This document shows, piece after piece, positions 61,130 through 64,000 of a stretch of 64,000 nt of DNA; the first letter of the stretch is position 1; every line of letters starts with the position of its first letter. The notes beneath the pieces were generated by a model, which was given only the letters and a program-made list of their open reading frames with translations, was not told the DNA's origin and ran no database searches. The DNA lies in contig CAYNBS010000002.1 in NCBI GenBank assembly GCA_964395795.1, positions 51,293 to 115,292 of the forward strand, read 5' to 3'. A program made the translations under genes and the position numbers. This DNA comes from an uncultured Oscillospiraceae bacterium (GTDB taxonomy: Bacteria; Bacillota; Clostridia; Oscillospirales; Oscillospiraceae).

Positions 61130-62367
61130 GCCCTCGCCTCCTGTTCTTCCAGAAATTGAAGCAGCGCGGCGATATCCGTCTCCTCGCTCTCCCCCGCCGC
61201 CTCCCGGTGGCGCAGGCGCTCTCCCGCGAAGGCCAGCAGCGCCAGATCCTCTTCCTCGGGATCCTCGCCGCCCAGACGCGCGGCATAGAAATCCGCAAAC
61301 AGCTCCTCCACGCTCTTTTCCCCTTTCTCCGCCGCCGTGCCCTCCGGCGCCGCGGCAAAGGGGCGGTACTCGCTCACCAGCTCCAGCACCCGGCTGTCCC
61401 GGGCGGCGGCAAGGCCCCGGAAAAAGTCCCCGATCTCCGGGGTCACGCGGCTGTCCGTCAGCACGATGCGGAGATATTCGCCCCGGCGCTCCTCCTGCAG
61501 CTCCGCCTCCCGCAGCTGGGCAAGCGTACCCCGCAGCTCCCGCATGGGATGCAGCGGCGGGATCCGCAGCTTCTCGATGAGCGGCTCCGTTCCCGGGGCG
61601 CCAAGGGTCACCAGCACCGGGCCTTTCTCCGGCTGGCGCGTCTCGTCAAAGTGATAGCACAGGGGCGAGCCCGCGTAGCGCACCGACTCCCGCCCCAGGG
61701 GGTAGGCCGCGTGAATATGCCCCAGGGCCACATAAGTAAAGCCCGCAAAGGCGGAATCCTCCACCTGGCCCAGGCCCCCCACCGTGGATTCCGACCCGCC
61801 CCGGGGCGCTTCTGCCCCGGCATGGGTCACGTTCTGATGGGCCACCAGCACGTTCCGGGCGGAAAAGTCGATATCCTGGGCGGCCAGCACCCGGCGCACG
61901 GCGGCGTCATAATCCCGGATGCTCTCGTCGGCCAGGGCGCGGGCCGCCAGGGCCGGGAACAGATAGGGCATCAGCCAGAAGGTGACCGGGCCGTATGCAT
62001 CCTGCAAGGTCACATGCTCCAGCCTGCCGCCCGGGGCCAGCACGCCGGCGATGTGCACGCCCTGCCGGGCCAGCAGGCTCTCCAGAAAGGACAGGCGCTG
62101 GCCGGAGTCGTGGTTCCCCGCAATCAGCATGACCGGGATCTCCCGCCGGGCAAGCCCCGTCAAAAGGGTGTTCAGCAGCTCCACCGCGTCCCCGGAGGGG
62201 GCGCTGCGGTCATACACGTCCCCGGCGATGACCACCGCGTCGGGCCGAACGCGGTCGCACAGCTCCAGGAATCGCTGAACCCAGGCGGCCTGATCCCCGT
62301 TTTCCAGCAGGGACAGGCCATGGATGATCTTGCCCAGATGCAGATCCGCCAGATGCAGAAATCTCAT
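61126..62367 (-). CDS. sbcD: exonuclease SbcD (Mre11-like nuclease)
   Basis: Begins MRFLHLADLHLG, with GDVYD, IAGNHD and ALGHIH phosphoesterase motifs. ATG 62367 has an upstream AGGAGG. 4-nt overlap with sbcC. Confidence 0.9.
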   Translation of the reverse strand: MRFLHLADLHLGKIIHGLSLLENGDQAAWVQRFLELCDRVRPDAVVIAGDVYDRSAPSGDAVELLNTLLTGLARREIPVMLIAGNHDSGQRLSFLESLLARQGVHIAGVLAPGGRLEHVTLQDAYGPVTFWLMPYLFPALAARALADESIRDYDAAVRRVLAAQDIDFSARNVLVAHQNVTHAGAEAPRGGSESTVGGLGQVEDSAFAGFTYVALGHIHAAYPLGRESVRYAGSPLCYHFDETRQPEKGPVLVTLGAPGTEPLIEKLRIPPLHPMRELRGTLAQLREAELQEERRGEYLRIVLTDSRVTPEIGDFFRGLAAARDSRVLELVSEYRPFAAAPEGTAAEKGEKSVEELFADFYAARLGGEDPEEEDLALLAFAGERLRHREAAGESEETDIAALLQFLEEQEARA

Positions 62368-62499
62368 ACAGGAACCTCCTGTTGCAGAAATAGTTGCCTC
62401 GATTATACCACAGCCTCCCCTCTTTGAAAACGGCAAAAAAATCTGTACTTCCAAAGGCCGGAATAGTATAATCAAGAAAAAACGAAGGAGCGATGAAAC

Positions 62500-62892
62500 A
62501 TGAAACGGGAAGCCCCATCCATAGACGTCTGGCTGCGGGAGGCCAAGGCCGCCCCGGAGGCAAAGCAGTGCGGCATGTATCTGGTGCATAACGGCACCGT
62601 GCGGCAGACGGCCCGGGCGCTGGTGCGCCAGGGCGCGGAGGGCACCGCCCCCGTAAAGGGCATGCGCTTTGACTATGACCGGGAAAAGCTGGCCCAGGCC
62701 ATCGAAGCGGCGAAGGCCCTCCCCGGCATCTACTGCGTCCGGGTCTGGCTCAACCGGGGAGAGCTGGAGCTGGGGGACGATATCATGCTGGTGCTGCTGG
62801 GCGGGGACATCCGCCCCCATGTGGTGGAGGCGCTGCAGTTTCTGGTAGGCCGGATCAAAAACGAATGCGTGCTGGAGCAGGAGATCACCTGA
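62500..62892 (+). CDS. MoaE-like molybdopterin synthase catalytic subunit family protein
   Basis: 130 aa. GMYLVHNGTVRQ.., ..VWLNRGELELGDDIMLV.. and ..HVVEALQFLVGRIK.. fit the short MoaE pattern. Confidence 0.55.
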   Translation: MKREAPSIDVWLREAKAAPEAKQCGMYLVHNGTVRQTARALVRQGAEGTAPVKGMRFDYDREKLAQAIEAAKALPGIYCVRVWLNRGELELGDDIMLVLLGGDIRPHVVEALQFLVGRIKNECVLEQEIT

Positions 62893-62920
62893 CCTAAGCG
62901 CGGCAGGACGGTGCAACGAG

Positions 62921-63757
62921 ATGAAAATTCACATTCTGCGCTGCGGGAGCATGAGCGTCTCCCCTGCGGTTCCCTATGGCAACCGCATCAGCCTTGGAAA
63001 CACCGCAAAGCAGCTGCTGAGCTCCCGGGACAAACGGGTGGAGCTGCCGGTGTTCTGCTACCTGATCGAGCATCCCCGGGGGCTTCTGCTGGTGGATACC
63101 GGCTGGTGCCGGGAGCTGAGCCCTGCCGGGGTCTATGACGGCAAGGCCGTCTCCCGGGTGCTGCCCGGGTATCTTTCGGCCTTCTACCGCCCCACGCTCC
63201 CCGCCGGCATGGCCATCCACGAGCAGCTTGCCGCCCGGGGCCTCCGCCCGGAGGATCTGGAGGCGGTGCTGCTGACCCACCTGGACCCGGACCATGTGGC
63301 AGGGCTGCGCCATCTCCGGGGTGCCAGGCGGATCGTGCTGCCGGAGGATGAATACTTCTGGGCCTGCCGCATGGTTTACAAGGCCCGGCAGCCCTGGTCG
63401 CTGTGGATGGACACGCCCATCCAGCGCCTGTTCTACCGGGGCTCCCCGGTAGGCCCCAACCGCTGGGCCATCGACCTCTTCGGAGACGAGAGCGTCCTTC
63501 TGGTGAACACCCCCGGGCATACCGACGGGCACGCCTCCGTCCTGCTGCGCAGCGGCGGCCGCTTCGCGGTGCTGGCGGGGGACGCGGCCTTCTCTCCCCG
63601 AAACTGGCAGGAGGACGTGACCCCCGGCTTCGGCTTTGACCGGGAGATGCAGCGCAAGAGCCTGCGCTGGCTGCGGGAGATGGCGGAGGACCCGGCCTGC
63701 GCGGCGATCCTGTGCAGCCACGATGGGACGGTAATCCCCGGCACGATGGAGCTGTAG
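62921..63757 (+). CDS. MBL-fold metallo-hydrolase
   Basis: Contains LLVDTGW, the metal motif THLDPDH and later TPGHTDGH. 278 aa. Confidence 0.8.
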   Translation: MKIHILRCGSMSVSPAVPYGNRISLGNTAKQLLSSRDKRVELPVFCYLIEHPRGLLLVDTGWCRELSPAGVYDGKAVSRVLPGYLSAFYRPTLPAGMAIHEQLAARGLRPEDLEAVLLTHLDPDHVAGLRHLRGARRIVLPEDEYFWACRMVYKARQPWSLWMDTPIQRLFYRGSPVGPNRWAIDLFGDESVLLVNTPGHTDGHASVLLRSGGRFAVLAGDAAFSPRNWQEDVTPGFGFDREMQRKSLRWLREMAEDPACAAILCSHDGTVIPGTMEL

Positions 63758-63837
63758 GCTTGGGCGAAAATTTTTGCGCTTGCCTTTCCGCGCGCACTCT
63801 GGTATGCTGAAACTGAACTCTCAGCAAGGAGGACAAC

Positions 63838-64000
63838 ATGAAGAAAGCGATTGTATGGAGCGTCTGTGTTCTGGCGCTGCTTCTCCTCTGCGGCTGCGGG
63901 AAAGCGGTGGAGACGCCGGCCTACCCCATTGACTACGGCAGCTCGGAGTTGTATTCCCAAGAAGAGCTGGAGGATGCCGTTCTGGCCATCCAGGTCGAAT
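63838..64000 (+). CDS. lipoprotein, N-terminal part only (runs off the window end)
   Basis: MKKAIVWSVCVLALLLLCGCGK has a lipobox. AAGGAGG lies upstream of ATG 63838. Confidence 0.55.
   Translation, partial: MKKAIVWSVCVLALLLLCGCGKAVETPAYPIDYGSSELYSQEELEDAVLAIQVE

Noticed and set aside
57956-62367. SbcC/SbcD as a possible anti-phage SMC-type defence system
   Set aside because: This is the canonical two-gene Rad50/Mre11-like arrangement with a zinc hook and phosphoesterase motifs, and it has no accessory defence genes. It is ordinary DNA repair.
62921-63757. The MBL-fold hydrolase as an N-acyl-homoserine lactonase (quorum quenching)
   Set aside because: Only the generic metallo-beta-lactamase metal motif is visible. 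Substrate class cannot be inferred from the sequence by eye.
1-64000. CRISPR arrays, tRNA/rRNA genes, IS elements and integrases
   Set aside because: I found no regularly spaced direct repeats, no tRNA-like acceptor or T-arm sequences in any intergenic gap longer than 70 nt, and no transposase or recombinase motifs in any ORF on either strand.

Overview
This is a 64-kb chromosomal segment from a high-GC Firmicute. Gene content and order look like Clostridia of the Oscillospiraceae/Ruminococcaceae type, but the taxon is my inference. I call about 58 protein genes, roughly three quarters on the minus strand, and almost all are housekeeping. They include moaC followed by the nickel-pincer cofactor genes larB-larE-larC; infC-rpmI-rplT; deoC; a ClpE-type Clp ATPase; cvpA; truA with ecfA1-ecfA2-ecfT; lplA; plsY; an RluA-family synthase and rlmD; cinA-thiI-comM; aspS-hisS; mgsA; mrdA-mreD-mreC-maf; a double U32 peptidase; a dnaD/dnaC-like loader pair; a GH2 hydrolase; a 2549-aa secreted S8 protease; and sbcCD. 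I saw no rRNA, tRNA, CRISPR array, transposase or integrase. Three observations stand out. (1) The 3' end of rlmD carries two stacked AT-rich single-gene cassettes. Each begins with its own 75-nt replacement rlmD tail, the GC-rich original tail is stranded downstream, and there is no recombinase in the window. (2) A family of GTAG-headed palindromic repeats, often as inverted pairs (REP/BIME- or REPIN-like), sits at five intercistronic sites. (3) The giant protease has internal dockerin-like and cohesin-like modules, no sortase signal, and a tightly coupled 41-codon acidic ORF that is absent from the ORF track. The many 100-1200-aa ORFs antisense to recognisable genes are GC-driven shadow ORFs. 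Coordinates of small elements were read by hand and cross-checked against ORF-track boundaries where possible.
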